The position numbers and the translations under genes were made by a program. Shown in pieces: positions 28,712 through 37,085 of a stretch of 64,000 nucleotides of DNA. Each line of letters begins with the position of its first letter. Positions within the stretch are counted from its first letter, which is position 1. Source of the DNA: an uncultured Thermotogae bacterium (GTDB taxonomy: Bacteria; Bipolaricaulota; Bipolaricaulia; RBG-16-55-9; DRXL01); assembly GCA_964473325.1 (NCBI GenBank), contig CAYYOG010000003.1, forward strand, positions 10,478 to 74,477, in the 5' to 3' direction. The notes under the pieces were generated by a model, which saw only the letters and a program-made list of their open reading frames with translations, had not been told where the DNA came from and ran no database searches.

Positions 28712-29797
28712 TCAAAGGAGAAGCTGCTGCAGCGTCGCAAGCTTAGGGGCTAGAAGCTCGTCAGAGGGCTCGCAGAACGTCACGTGGCCCAGCTTTCTTC
28801 CGGGCCGGGGGGCTTTGCCGTATAGATGCAAATGAGCTCCAGGGATCCGTAAGATCGCTTGGCAATCTGGGATCTCCCCGATGATATTGAACATAGCGCA
28901 CTGGCCGCGCGCTTTGGTCGTGCCCAGGGGAAAGCCTAAAATCGCCCGTATATGATTTTCAAACTGGCTTGTGACAGCTCCTTCTATTGTCCAATGACCC
29001 GAATTGTGCACCCGAGGAGCTATCTCATTGGCCAGAATCTCCCCGCGATGAAAGAGCTCGAGGGCCAGAGTCCCCACGTAGTTCAACGCCTCAAGGATCT
29101 TTTTGCCATAGCTTTCGGCCAGGGCTTGCAGATCTTCATCCAGACGAGGGGCAGGCGCGAGCGAGCGCCGCAGGATCCCTTCTCGATGATAGTTCTCTAC
29201 AAGGGGATAGAAGGCGCATGTGCCATCGCGTCCGCGCACAGCTATGATGGAAAGCTCGCGCTCGAACGCGATATACTCTTCAAGGATGAGCGGGGCGCTG
29301 CCCAGAGCGGCCCAGGCGCGCTCTATATCGTTTCGATCACGGATGAGATACTGCCCCTTGCCATCGTAGCCGAAGCGCCGGGTCTTGAGCACTGCCGGCA
29401 GCCCAATCTGCTCCGCAGCGTTGCATAAGTCTTCGAAAGTGTCCACGCGCGCAAAGCGCGGCGTCGGGATCCCTAAGCTCTGAAAGAACGTCTTCTCGTT
29501 CAGGCGATCTTGGGAGACTAAGAGCGCACGCGGAGGAGGGTAGACCGAACGACGCTCTGCTAATGCTTGGGCGCTCTCCACAGGGACGTTCTCAAACTCA
29601 TACGTGATGACGTCGACGCTTTGAGCAAGCTGCTCCAAGGCGCTTGGGTCGCGGTAGTCGGCACAGATGTGTGTGGCGACTTCGCGCGCGGGCGCTTCCG
29701 GTGAGGGATCGAGCACCCAGCAGCGCACGCCCAGGGGCAGCCCCGCTAGAGCGAGCATCCTTCCTAATTGACCGCCGCCAAGAATGCCGACTCTCAT
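28712..29797 (-). CDS. purK: N5-carboxyaminoimidazole ribonucleotide synthase
   Basis: [15 protein letters not shown]…ATP-grasp motifs; overlaps purE by 4 nt. Confidence 0.9.
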   Translation of the reverse strand: MRVGILGGGQLGRMLALAGLPLGVRCWVLDPSPEAPAREVATHICADYRDPSALEQLAQSVDVITYEFENVPVESAQALAERRSVYPPPRALLVSQDRLNEKTFFQSLGIPTPRFARVDTFEDLCNAAEQIGLPAVLKTRRFGYDGKGQYLIRDRNDIERAWAALGSAPLILEEYIAFERELSIIAVRGRDGTCAFYPLVENYHREGILRRSLAPAPRLDEDLQALAESYGKKILEALNYVGTLALELFHRGEILANEIAPRVHNSGHWTIEGAVTSQFENHIRAILGFPLGTTKARGQCAMFNIIGEIPDCQAILRIPGAHLHLYGKAPRPGRKLGHVTFCEPSDELLAPKLATLQQLLL

Positions 29798-30282
29798 AGC
29801 TGTCGCGGATCGGGATGATCCAGCACCTCCTGAGTCTGCGCGCTGCGATATCTCCTTAGGGCTTCACGATACTCTGGGTGTTTATTGGCTAAAATCGCGG
29901 TAGCTAAGAGCGCGGCGTTGATCGCTCCAGCCTTACCAATGGCTAACGTCCCCACGGGAACTCCTGCGGGCATCTGCACGATAGATAAGAGCGAGTCTAT
30001 CCCCGCAAGCTGCGACGGCACAGGCACACCCAGCACCGGCAAGAGTGTCTTAGCAGCCGTCATCCCCGGCAGGTGCGCTGCTCCCCCAGCCCCAGCGATG
30101 ATCACTTCTATCCCGCGCTGCTCCGCCGCTGCAGCGTACTCAAAGAGCAAATCTGGGGTGCGATGTGCCGAGACCACACGTACCTCGTAAGGAACACCCA
30201 GTTGCTCCAAAATCTGCGCGGCGTATTGGAGCGTCTCCCAATCGGACTTCGATCCCATGATCACGCCTACCACCGGCTGCAT
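29794..30282 (-). CDS. purE: N5-carboxyaminoimidazole ribonucleotide mutase
   Basis: [14 protein letters not shown]…SAHRTPD…GGAAHLPGM canonical PurE. Start placed at ATG 30282 (GGAGGAG SD). Confidence 0.9.
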   Translation of the reverse strand: MQPVVGVIMGSKSDWETLQYAAQILEQLGVPYEVRVVSAHRTPDLLFEYAAAAEQRGIEVIIAGAGGAAHLPGMTAAKTLLPVLGVPVPSQLAGIDSLLSIVQMPAGVPVGTLAIGKAGAINAALLATAILANKHPEYREALRRYRSAQTQEVLDHPDPRQL

Positions 30283-30313
30283 TACCTGCCTCCTTCCGAT
30301 ATAATTACTGAGT

Positions 30314-30850
30314 ATGACGATTCTAGGGATTTCCGGAAGCCTGCGCAAGAGTTCATATAATACAGCCGCGCTGCGCGCTGCCCAAGAGCTGCTCCCTCAG
30401 AGTGTGACCCTGGAGATCTTCGATCTGGCTCCCATTCCCATGTACAATGAAGATATCAAGCCCTTCCCTGACTCGGTGCAGCTTTTGGGAGAGCGCATCG
30501 CGGACGCTGATGCCCTACTCATTGCGACTCCAGAGTACAATCACTCCATCCCAGGGGTGCTGAAGAACGCGCTCGATTGGGTCTCACGCTTGCCGAACCG
30601 GCCTTGCGAGGGCAAGCCTGTGGCGCTCTTTGGGGTGAGTGTGGGGCGCTTCGGCACCGTAAGAGCCCAGCTCCATCTGCGCGAAGTCTGCGCAGCGCTC
30701 GGTATGTTCGTGCTCCCCAAGCCTGAGCTCTATATCTCCCAAGCAGAGCAGAAGTTTGATGCCCAGGGAAGGCTGATTCATCCTGAGACGCGCCAGCACC
30801 TGCAAGCCTTGCTCGAAGCACTCCGTTCCTGGACACAGAGGGTCATTTAG
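30314..30850 (+). CDS. NADPH-dependent FMN reductase
   Basis: [21 protein letters not shown]…[18 protein letters not shown] family pattern. Confidence 0.85.
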   Translation: MTILGISGSLRKSSYNTAALRAAQELLPQSVTLEIFDLAPIPMYNEDIKPFPDSVQLLGERIADADALLIATPEYNHSIPGVLKNALDWVSRLPNRPCEGKPVALFGVSVGRFGTVRAQLHLREVCAALGMFVLPKPELYISQAEQKFDAQGRLIHPETRQHLQALLEALRSWTQRVI

Positions 30851-31577
30851 ATTTCTTTGATTCTAGGGCGGCGAGCGCTCGTTGGAAGACCTGATTGATC
30901 GTCTGCACGTACACTTCTTTGGGGACGAGCTCGCGGCTCACGGCTGTCAGAGTCTGGGGTTTTATCGCGCCATCGCGCACAAGCTGACGCCCTGCCTCCC
31001 GCGCGGCTTCGTAGATTTCTTCTGCGGGGAGCCCCATCTTCTGCATATGAGGCAGCGCTGCTGCATACGGGCGCAGTAGCGCTCCTGCAAATTCGCTCCC
31101 TAGATTCTTACAGATAGCCTTCATGTGTGACAGCAAGGGGTCAAAATTGTCTAATTCGTGAAAGCCGCAGACAGAGACTAACACTATCTTAGGGCGTTTC
31201 ACAGCGTCGCGCAGGGGATGACGACAGTGCCCCTCTCTGATCTCGAAGAAGGGATGCACGAGAGGGATGCATCGTTCGATCAGGGTCTTCATGGTCCCCG
31301 TCATCCCATCCACGTAGACTGGGGTCGCAAAGACGATGACATCTGCAACCTTCAGTTTAGGATAGAGCATCTGCATATCGTCTTTTTGGATACACTGCCC
31401 TGGGGTCTCAAACCAGCATTTGAAGCACCCCAGACACGGCTTGATCTTGAGCTTGCGTAGATAGAATAATTCGATGTCAGCTCCCGCTTGCTCCATCCCT
31501 TGGAGGAAGGGCGTGAGGATCAAACTGGTGCCGCCTTTGTGCATAGTGGGGCTGCTATTGAACGCGAGGACTTTCAT
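30843..31577 (-). CDS. Flavodoxin-fold NAD(P)H-dependent oxidoreductase / iron-sulfur flavoprotein-like protein
   Basis: MKVLAFNSSP…CLGCFKCW…ADVIVFATPVY motifs. GAGGAGG SD before ATG 31577. Confidence 0.7.
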   Translation of the reverse strand: MKVLAFNSSPTMHKGGTSLILTPFLQGMEQAGADIELFYLRKLKIKPCLGCFKCWFETPGQCIQKDDMQMLYPKLKVADVIVFATPVYVDGMTGTMKTLIERCIPLVHPFFEIREGHCRHPLRDAVKRPKIVLVSVCGFHELDNFDPLLSHMKAICKNLGSEFAGALLRPYAAALPHMQKMGLPAEEIYEAAREAGRQLVRDGAIKPQTLTAVSRELVPKEVYVQTINQVFQRALAALESKKSK

Positions 31578-32000
31578 TGCTGTTCCTCCTCACTATTGAG
31601 AAGCAGATCTCGCCTTGGAATTGAGGGTGCTCGGACTCAAAATCCGGGTGCAGCTCTACTGATAATTTACGGAACTTATATGGGATAATCTGTTGGAGAG
31701 CCACTGCAGAGCCATAGAGTATGCCGGTGAGCGAAGGGTCAGAGGTCGCGATCTGGATCTTGGCTGTGCCGCGTTCGACGCGCAGCCGCTCAAAGAAGAG
31801 CCGTACCCCTACCCCAAGGGCACCGATGACTTCTCGCATGTCTCTCCATCGCGCTCGCTGATGAAGTCCAACCGGCTCCACAGAACGAGCTTTTCGTTAG
31901 TTCCCCAGCGAACTTCCAAGCGAAGGGGTTGCCGGAGCGCAAGCCACACCAACGCCCCTATCGGAAGCATTGCAATTACTATAGCTGTAAGAGCACTCAT
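31555..32000 (-). pseudogene. Possible frameshifted gene: a 63-aa N-terminal TM segment (ORF 31809..32000) whose continuation lies in a different frame (ORF 31555..31881); the frames meet in a GGGG run
   Basis: Manual translation shows that one extra G in the minus-strand GGGG run (plus-strand cccc at 31813-31816) would fuse both ORFs into a ~165-aa protein. The downstream ORF overlaps the flavodoxin gene RBS and start. Confidence 0.3.
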
Positions 32001-32470
32001 TATCTCTTCAGCAGATGCTCCGGCATCTGCACCGCGACGACTTCCCCACGCGCGCAGACTTCACCATTAGCAATGAGTCGTGATTCGACGATCACTTTGC
32101 GTCCGCTGATCTCTGTGACGCGCGCTCGCACTTCTAGGGGAACGCCCAGCGGCGTCGGACGGAGATAATCAACTTTGAGCGAGGCCGTGACGAACCGTAA
32201 CGGGGGCTCGGTGCCCATCTCGCGCCCTTGAGCGCGATACGCTGCTGCCGATGCTGTCCCCGTCGAGTGACAGTCGATGAGCGAGGCGATCAGCCCGCCG
32301 TAGACATAACCGGGAATCGCCGTGTGATAGGGCTTCGGCGTGAAGACACAGACTGTTTCGTCGCCGTCCCAGTAGCTCTTGATGTGCAAGCCATGCTCGT
32401 TGAGCCGGCCGCAGCCGTAACAATAGCTTAAGTTATCGGGATAGTAATCTTGAAATGACTTGGTTTGCAT
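32000..32470 (-). CDS. PaaI-family hotdog-fold thioesterase
   Basis: …YVYGGLIASLIDCHSTGTASAAA… hotdog thioesterase core. Confidence 0.75.
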   Translation of the reverse strand: MQTKSFQDYYPDNLSYCYGCGRLNEHGLHIKSYWDGDETVCVFTPKPYHTAIPGYVYGGLIASLIDCHSTGTASAAAYRAQGREMGTEPPLRFVTASLKVDYLRPTPLGVPLEVRARVTEISGRKVIVESRLIANGEVCARGEVVAVQMPEHLLKR

Positions 32471-32478
32471 ATATGCTC

Positions 32479-32940
32479 CTACGGCTCGCCCAGGATCGTG
32501 AAATCGGTCACAGTGTACTCGATTTCGTCATCTACAGCACCCTTGAGGTGGTCAATGCTGATGCGCCTGGGATACCCCAACACTGGGTCATACGTGACGT
32601 CCACATGGGCGGCCTTGCCGCTGAGAGCTGCCCCAATGAGATCAAAAAGCTCTTCGATTGTATCCACATGGTTGAAATGCTCCAAGTCTACGGGAGCTCC
32701 GCTCTCCGCAGCAGTGATAGAAACCGTCAGGCCGTTCCGGATCTCGATGACCACAGGTTGTCGTATCTCCGGCACACAGAAGCAGAGTGTCTGCAATCTG
32801 TAGCGGTAGTCCCTGATCTGATGGGCTTGCCATCGCTGTCGGTGTTGAGCGAGCTTGTCGAGGTCATGTTGGCTAAGAAGGGTGCACGAGACCAAAACCA
32901 GCGAGAGCCAAAGAAGAGAGGGTATCTTTTTCATAGACAC
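32479..32940 (-). CDS. Hypothetical lipoprotein
   Basis: Signal peptide with lipobox LVSC. No recognisable catalytic motif. Confidence 0.45.
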   Translation of the reverse strand: MSMKKIPSLLWLSLVLVSCTLLSQHDLDKLAQHRQRWQAHQIRDYRYRLQTLCFCVPEIRQPVVIEIRNGLTVSITAAESGAPVDLEHFNHVDTIEELFDLIGAALSGKAAHVDVTYDPVLGYPRRISIDHLKGAVDDEIEYTVTDFTILGEP

Positions 32941-32942
32941 CT

Positions 32943-33887
32943 CTAATTTGTGCTGAGCGTCCCAACGATTGTCGGGATGTTATTGATGAGTTTTGGTGTT
33001 GCTTGTAGGCACGCTAATTTCTGTCCGGCAGTCACAAAGAGCACGAACGGCAGTTCTAGAGTCACGGGGATCTGCTGGCTTCCCGGCCCAATGATGATCC
33101 CGATTCGACGATAGACGGCAGTCGTGTACGAGAACTGTAATGACTGGGCGAATGACTGCACAGTTAAGAACGCCGGTGGCGCGACGCCGATCTCAAAGAG
33201 TTTTGCAGTGTCAGAGACCGTTGCGATGACCGCAGGCGCATTCATTGGTGCGTTGACTTCGCTCTTGTTAGGCAGGTCTTGTGGGCAGGTCGGTGCGGGG
33301 CCTTGCGGAATTTGGGGAGCCGGCGGCGCCGGGGGCGTTGGTGTCGGCACGGTGATCAGCGAAAAGAGAATCTGAAAGATCCCTACGGGACCCAAAAAGG
33401 GCGCGACAGGGAAGATCGGAAAGAGCGGGGTCGTCCCGCTTACGGGGAGGATCACAAACGCTGCAATCGTGCCCGTCGGGATATCGAGAAGCGCTGCAAC
33501 GAACGGATTAGCAATGACGACGATCCCGTATTTCCCTGAAAAGTCCCGTCCGGAGAGCTTTGCGCCCTGTGGGATGTCAATCGTCCCGTAGACGATATAC
33601 GGGACTTGGCCAGCGACTAGAGCTACGAGCGCAAATGCTTCAGTGAACAGAGTCCCGGTGATGCCGGTACTGCTGCGCACTTGCCCGAACGGTTGGCGCT
33701 TCTGAAACTCGTCGGCCCACGCGGAGCCACTCACTTGAGTCTTCTCTTGGAAGGCACTTTGGAGTTCAGAAAATTTCGCGTCGTCTGGGAAGACGACTTG
33801 GGCTGGGGCTTGCTGCTGGGCAAGGAGCACAAGCGGGCCAAACACAATCACTATTAAAAGGCTGAGAATCGCGATGCGCGTGCGCAT
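32943..33887 (-). CDS. Secreted hypothetical protein (Pro/Ala-rich central linker)
   Basis: Signal peptide MRTRIAILSLLIVIVFGPLVLLAQQ; PTPTPPAPPAPQIPQGPAP linker. Start trimmed to the ATG at 33887. Confidence 0.4.
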   Translation of the reverse strand: MRTRIAILSLLIVIVFGPLVLLAQQQAPAQVVFPDDAKFSELQSAFQEKTQVSGSAWADEFQKRQPFGQVRSSTGITGTLFTEAFALVALVAGQVPYIVYGTIDIPQGAKLSGRDFSGKYGIVVIANPFVAALLDIPTGTIAAFVILPVSGTTPLFPIFPVAPFLGPVGIFQILFSLITVPTPTPPAPPAPQIPQGPAPTCPQDLPNKSEVNAPMNAPAVIATVSDTAKLFEIGVAPPAFLTVQSFAQSLQFSYTTAVYRRIGIIIGPGSQQIPVTLELPFVLFVTAGQKLACLQATPKLINNIPTIVGTLSTN

Positions 33888-34040
33888 GGTTTCAACCCCT
33901 TTCGTGTTACCCATTGTACCCCAGAGAGAGGAGGAAGGCTAGACTACCAGTCTTGGGTGCCCAAGTTCTCGAACCGAGCGCACGACAGAAGAAACGCTCT
34001 TTGATCTCGCGCTTGCCATAACGCTCCCACAGGGCCCGCG

Positions 34041-34844
34041 CTAAGACTTTGTCGCTCTGAGCGAGAACATTAACGGGATCTCGTGATCTTTGAGCCGCCA
34101 CAGGCCGTCGGCTCCCTGCTCCAACAACGGCAGCATCTGAAACGTACAGTAAGAAAACTCATGCAGAAATTCGATCCGTAAGCCGGCGGAGATCAGGGCG
34201 TTGATGATATCGCTCAAGCTGTGTACCCATTGATAAGAGACAGTCTGGGAGACGGTTGCGCTCGGGTCGGCGTAAGAACCTTTGATGGGGCATTGCAATG
34301 GCTCCGGAGCATGAAAATACGGGTAGGCCACGCGCAGCTCAGTGCACCCCTCCCGGTCATCGAAGACCAGCGCAAAAGGGTGAAACTCGCGAATGTAAAA
34401 GATTCCGCCTGGTTTCAAGAAGTGTGCGACAACACCGGCCCAGCGCTTCAGGTCCGGCAGCCAGCACAAGACTCCCCCGGACGTAAAAACAATATCAAAT
34501 TTTTGGTCTAAAAGCTTAGGCAACTCATAGATGTCTGCACAGATGAACGTCGCCGGGATTGCGAGTTCTTGGCTGAGCAACCGCGCAAGCGCGATAGCTT
34601 TTTCTGAAAAATCTACCCCCGTGACTTTCGCTCCTAATCGTGCCCATGAAAGCGTGTCGATGCCAAAGTGACATTGCAAATGTAAGAGCGATTTCCCCGA
34701 GACGTCTCCGAGCTCTTCGATCTCAATAGAGTGCAACGAAAGCTTTCCCGCCTTAAAACCCTCAAGATCGTAAAATTTTGATTGCGCGTGAATAGCAGTC
34801 CACTCGTCCCAGACGGCGCGATTGACTTGCGCATACTTATCCAT
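34041..34844 (-). CDS. Class I SAM-dependent methyltransferase (small-molecule type)
   Basis: SAM-binding motif I region LHLQCHFGIDTLSWARLGAKVTGVDFS and post-I/II motifs. Confidence 0.75.
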   Translation of the reverse strand: MDKYAQVNRAVWDEWTAIHAQSKFYDLEGFKAGKLSLHSIEIEELGDVSGKSLLHLQCHFGIDTLSWARLGAKVTGVDFSEKAIALARLLSQELAIPATFICADIYELPKLLDQKFDIVFTSGGVLCWLPDLKRWAGVVAHFLKPGGIFYIREFHPFALVFDDREGCTELRVAYPYFHAPEPLQCPIKGSYADPSATVSQTVSYQWVHSLSDIINALISAGLRIEFLHEFSYCTFQMLPLLEQGADGLWRLKDHEIPLMFSLRATKS

Positions 34845-34891
34845 AGTCTCTTGATGTGCAATCCTACTCGATCTTGTCTATAATGCAAATT

Positions 34892-35383
34892 ATGAAAGAG
34901 CAGATCGAAAACTGGCTTGTTGAAGAAGGGCAATTTAATCGCTACGTCGAGCACCCCAACGCCAATTGGGTTCTATTAGCGAATCATCCGAAGAACCAGC
35001 CGACGACCGTCAGCATCATCAATCCCAAAGCGAGCCCGGACAGAATCTTGGTTGAAGTGAGCGTCAACATCGCTGACGACGTGCAGGGGCTCTTTCAGAA
35101 GCTCGCCCAGCCCCAGCGCGAAAAGATCTTGCGCGAGCTGAGCATAGAGCTGAATCGCTTTCCCATCAGCTTTGGGATGATCCATCCCCAGGGGATTCTG
35201 CGACAGTTGATCTTGCAGCAAGAGATCTTCTCTGACGGTCTCACCAAGCACACGCTCTTTACAGCGATCCAGAACGTGTATAAAGCGTTCTTGCAGTCGC
35301 AGTGGCTTTTGCAAAGAGAGCTGGGAGGGCAGCACAAGTCGGGGAACGATTTTGGCATTGGGTTTCGGCCCTCGCATAGTTAA
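34892..35383 (+). CDS. Hypothetical protein, YbjN/DUF2299-like
   Basis: Weak resemblance to the YbjN-type fold pattern (…NWVLLANHP…TTVSIINP…ILVEVSV…). Start placed at ATG 34892. Confidence 0.35.
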   Translation: MKEQIENWLVEEGQFNRYVEHPNANWVLLANHPKNQPTTVSIINPKASPDRILVEVSVNIADDVQGLFQKLAQPQREKILRELSIELNRFPISFGMIHPQGILRQLILQQEIFSDGLTKHTLFTAIQNVYKAFLQSQWLLQRELGGQHKSGNDFGIGFRPSHS

Positions 35384-35433
35384 AAGAGCTGTCAAACTAA
35401 CACACTGAAAAAAACTGTCGTGAGGTGATGAGC

Positions 35434-36981
35434 ATGAAGACCGCGCGAGAAGCCCTCGTGCAGACACTCAAGAAGAACAAGATCGCGCTTGTGACGGGCA
35501 TCTACGGCGACCCTTGTACTGCGTTGTTAGACGAGTGCGCCAAGCAAGGGCTGCACGTCGAGATCAGCACGGAAGAGAAAGTCGCGTTTGCCCAAGCGTT
35601 GGGTACTTCTGTAGCAGGCTTGCCCAGCGTCGTCATCGTCAAGCAAGTCGGGATCAACGTCTTAGCTGATCCATTAGTGACAGCGGTAACGCACGGGATC
35701 GGCGCGGGGCTCTTACTGATAGCTGGGGACGATCCTGGCGCCGCTAAATCCCAAAACGAGCAAGACTCGCGCTGGTACGCCAAGCTTGCTCATATGCCCG
35801 TCTTGACACCACCTGGCCCGCAGTACGTCAGCGATGCTGCGATTGAGGGTCTTCAATTGTCGGGGACGTTAGGCATCCCGGTGATGATGCAGGTGACGGC
35901 GCGCTTGCTCGAGGGCGAGGGCCGCCCTAGCGAGATGCCCCTCACCGTCGAAGCCCGATTTGACCGAGATCGCGCGTGGAAGAACCTCATCTTGGATCGC
36001 TATAAGTATTACTATCAGAAGATCTACCCTCAGCTCTGCGAGCTCGTCGAAGACTCGCCCTTGACAGTTCTCAGTTCTGAGTTTGACAGTTCCCGGTTCA
36101 ATGTAAAACAGGGAACTCAGAACTTAGAACTCTCCCGCGGCGTCGTCTCTTGTGGGTTTGTCTCGACGCTCGTTACCGAGAAGAATCACTTCGCATTGGG
36201 GTATGCGCATCCATTGCCGGAGCGGGCCTTGGTGAGCTTTTTGAAAAACTTAGAGCGCGTGCTGGTCGTCGAAGAGATCGCGCCGATTGTCGAAGAGTCC
36301 GTGAATGCGCTGATAGCACGGCATGGGTTAAAAACAAAAGTCTTTGGGCGGCTGACAGGGCATCTGCCTAGAATCGGGAAGTTAGAAGCGCAGCACATAG
36401 CTGAAGCCTGGGGGCGCAGCGGCGGTGAGCTCCATCTTGATATCCCCACCCAGGTGAGCGGGGGGATCTTAGACCTGCCCTGCGGGGGCTTTGAGCTGCT
36501 CTATCAGGTCTTAGATGAGGTCTTGCCTGAGGGATATTTCGTCGCGGGCGACGTAGGCTGTTCTATTCTGCACGGGTATTTCCCGCCGCAAATAATTGAC
36601 ACGGCGTATGCGTTGGGGACGTCTATTTCAACGGCAGCGGGGATGAGTCTTGCTGGGCGCAAAGGCATAGCGATCATAGGGGACACGGGGTTTATCCATT
36701 CGGGGATCACGGGTCTGTTGAACGCCGTCGAGCACAAGCACAATGTCTTGGTGATCGTTCTCTATAATAAATTTTCAGCGATGACGCCGGGGGCCCAGCC
36801 CATACCAGGGCTGGAGCGGCTGCGGGTGTTAGTCGAGGCTTGCGGCGCAGACGCCGTAGATGAAATTCAGATGGAACAGGCTTCTGAAGACGAGCTGAAG
36901 CGCCTGTTGGAGAGGCGTTTAGAGGAGCGCGGGGTGCACGTGCTGATTGCCCACGCCAAGCCAAAAAAGTTGCACGAATGA
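35434..36981 (+). CDS. Indolepyruvate/2-oxoacid ferredoxin oxidoreductase alpha-subunit-like TPP enzyme, lacking the usual 4Fe-4S ferredoxin insert
   Basis: N-terminal POR-like domain, C-terminal TPP-binding region GDVGCSILHG…IIGDTGFIHSGITGLLNAVEHKHNVLVIVLYN; GAGGTGA SD. Contains an in-frame copy of the GTTTGACAGTTC repeat element at 36061-36135. Confidence 0.6.
   Translation: MKTAREALVQTLKKNKIALVTGIYGDPCTALLDECAKQGLHVEISTEEKVAFAQALGTSVAGLPSVVIVKQVGINVLADPLVTAVTHGIGAGLLLIAGDDPGAAKSQNEQDSRWYAKLAHMPVLTPPGPQYVSDAAIEGLQLSGTLGIPVMMQVTARLLEGEGRPSEMPLTVEARFDRDRAWKNLILDRYKYYYQKIYPQLCELVEDSPLTVLSSEFDSSRFNVKQGTQNLELSRGVVSCGFVSTLVTEKNHFALGYAHPLPERALVSFLKNLERVLVVEEIAPIVEESVNALIARHGLKTKVFGRLTGHLPRIGKLEAQHIAEAWGRSGGELHLDIPTQVSGGILDLPCGGFELLYQVLDEVLPEGYFVAGDVGCSILHGYFPPQIIDTAYALGTSISTAAGMSLAGRKGIAIIGDTGFIHSGITGLLNAVEHKHNVLVIVLYNKFSAMTPGAQPIPGLERLRVLVEACGADAVDEIQMEQASEDELKRLLERRLEERGVHVLIAHAKPKKLHE
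36061..36135. repeat. Copy of the short dispersed repeat (core GTTTGACAGTTCyCAGTT, with internal inverted repeat) lying in-frame inside a CDS
   Basis: ttgacagttctcagttctgagtttgacagttcccggttc…gggaactcagaact shares 25/27 nt with 40572-40600 and ~20 nt with 40643-40663. Confidence 0.6.
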
Positions 36982-37085
36982 GCAGCAAAAGAACGATTAT
37001 CACGGTTCCAACGTGAAATTTTGTCTTCTTGACTTGTGCATCGCGATTGTGCTACAGTTAAGACCCATAAAGAATCGAGGGTCCT

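Noticed and set aside
36061-36135. Considered whether the GTTC…GTTC repeats are LexA-type SOS boxes
   Set aside because: Spacings (3 nt) do not fit known GTTC-N7-GTTC or CGAAC-N4-GTTCG architectures; more parsimonious as a dispersed miniature repeat.
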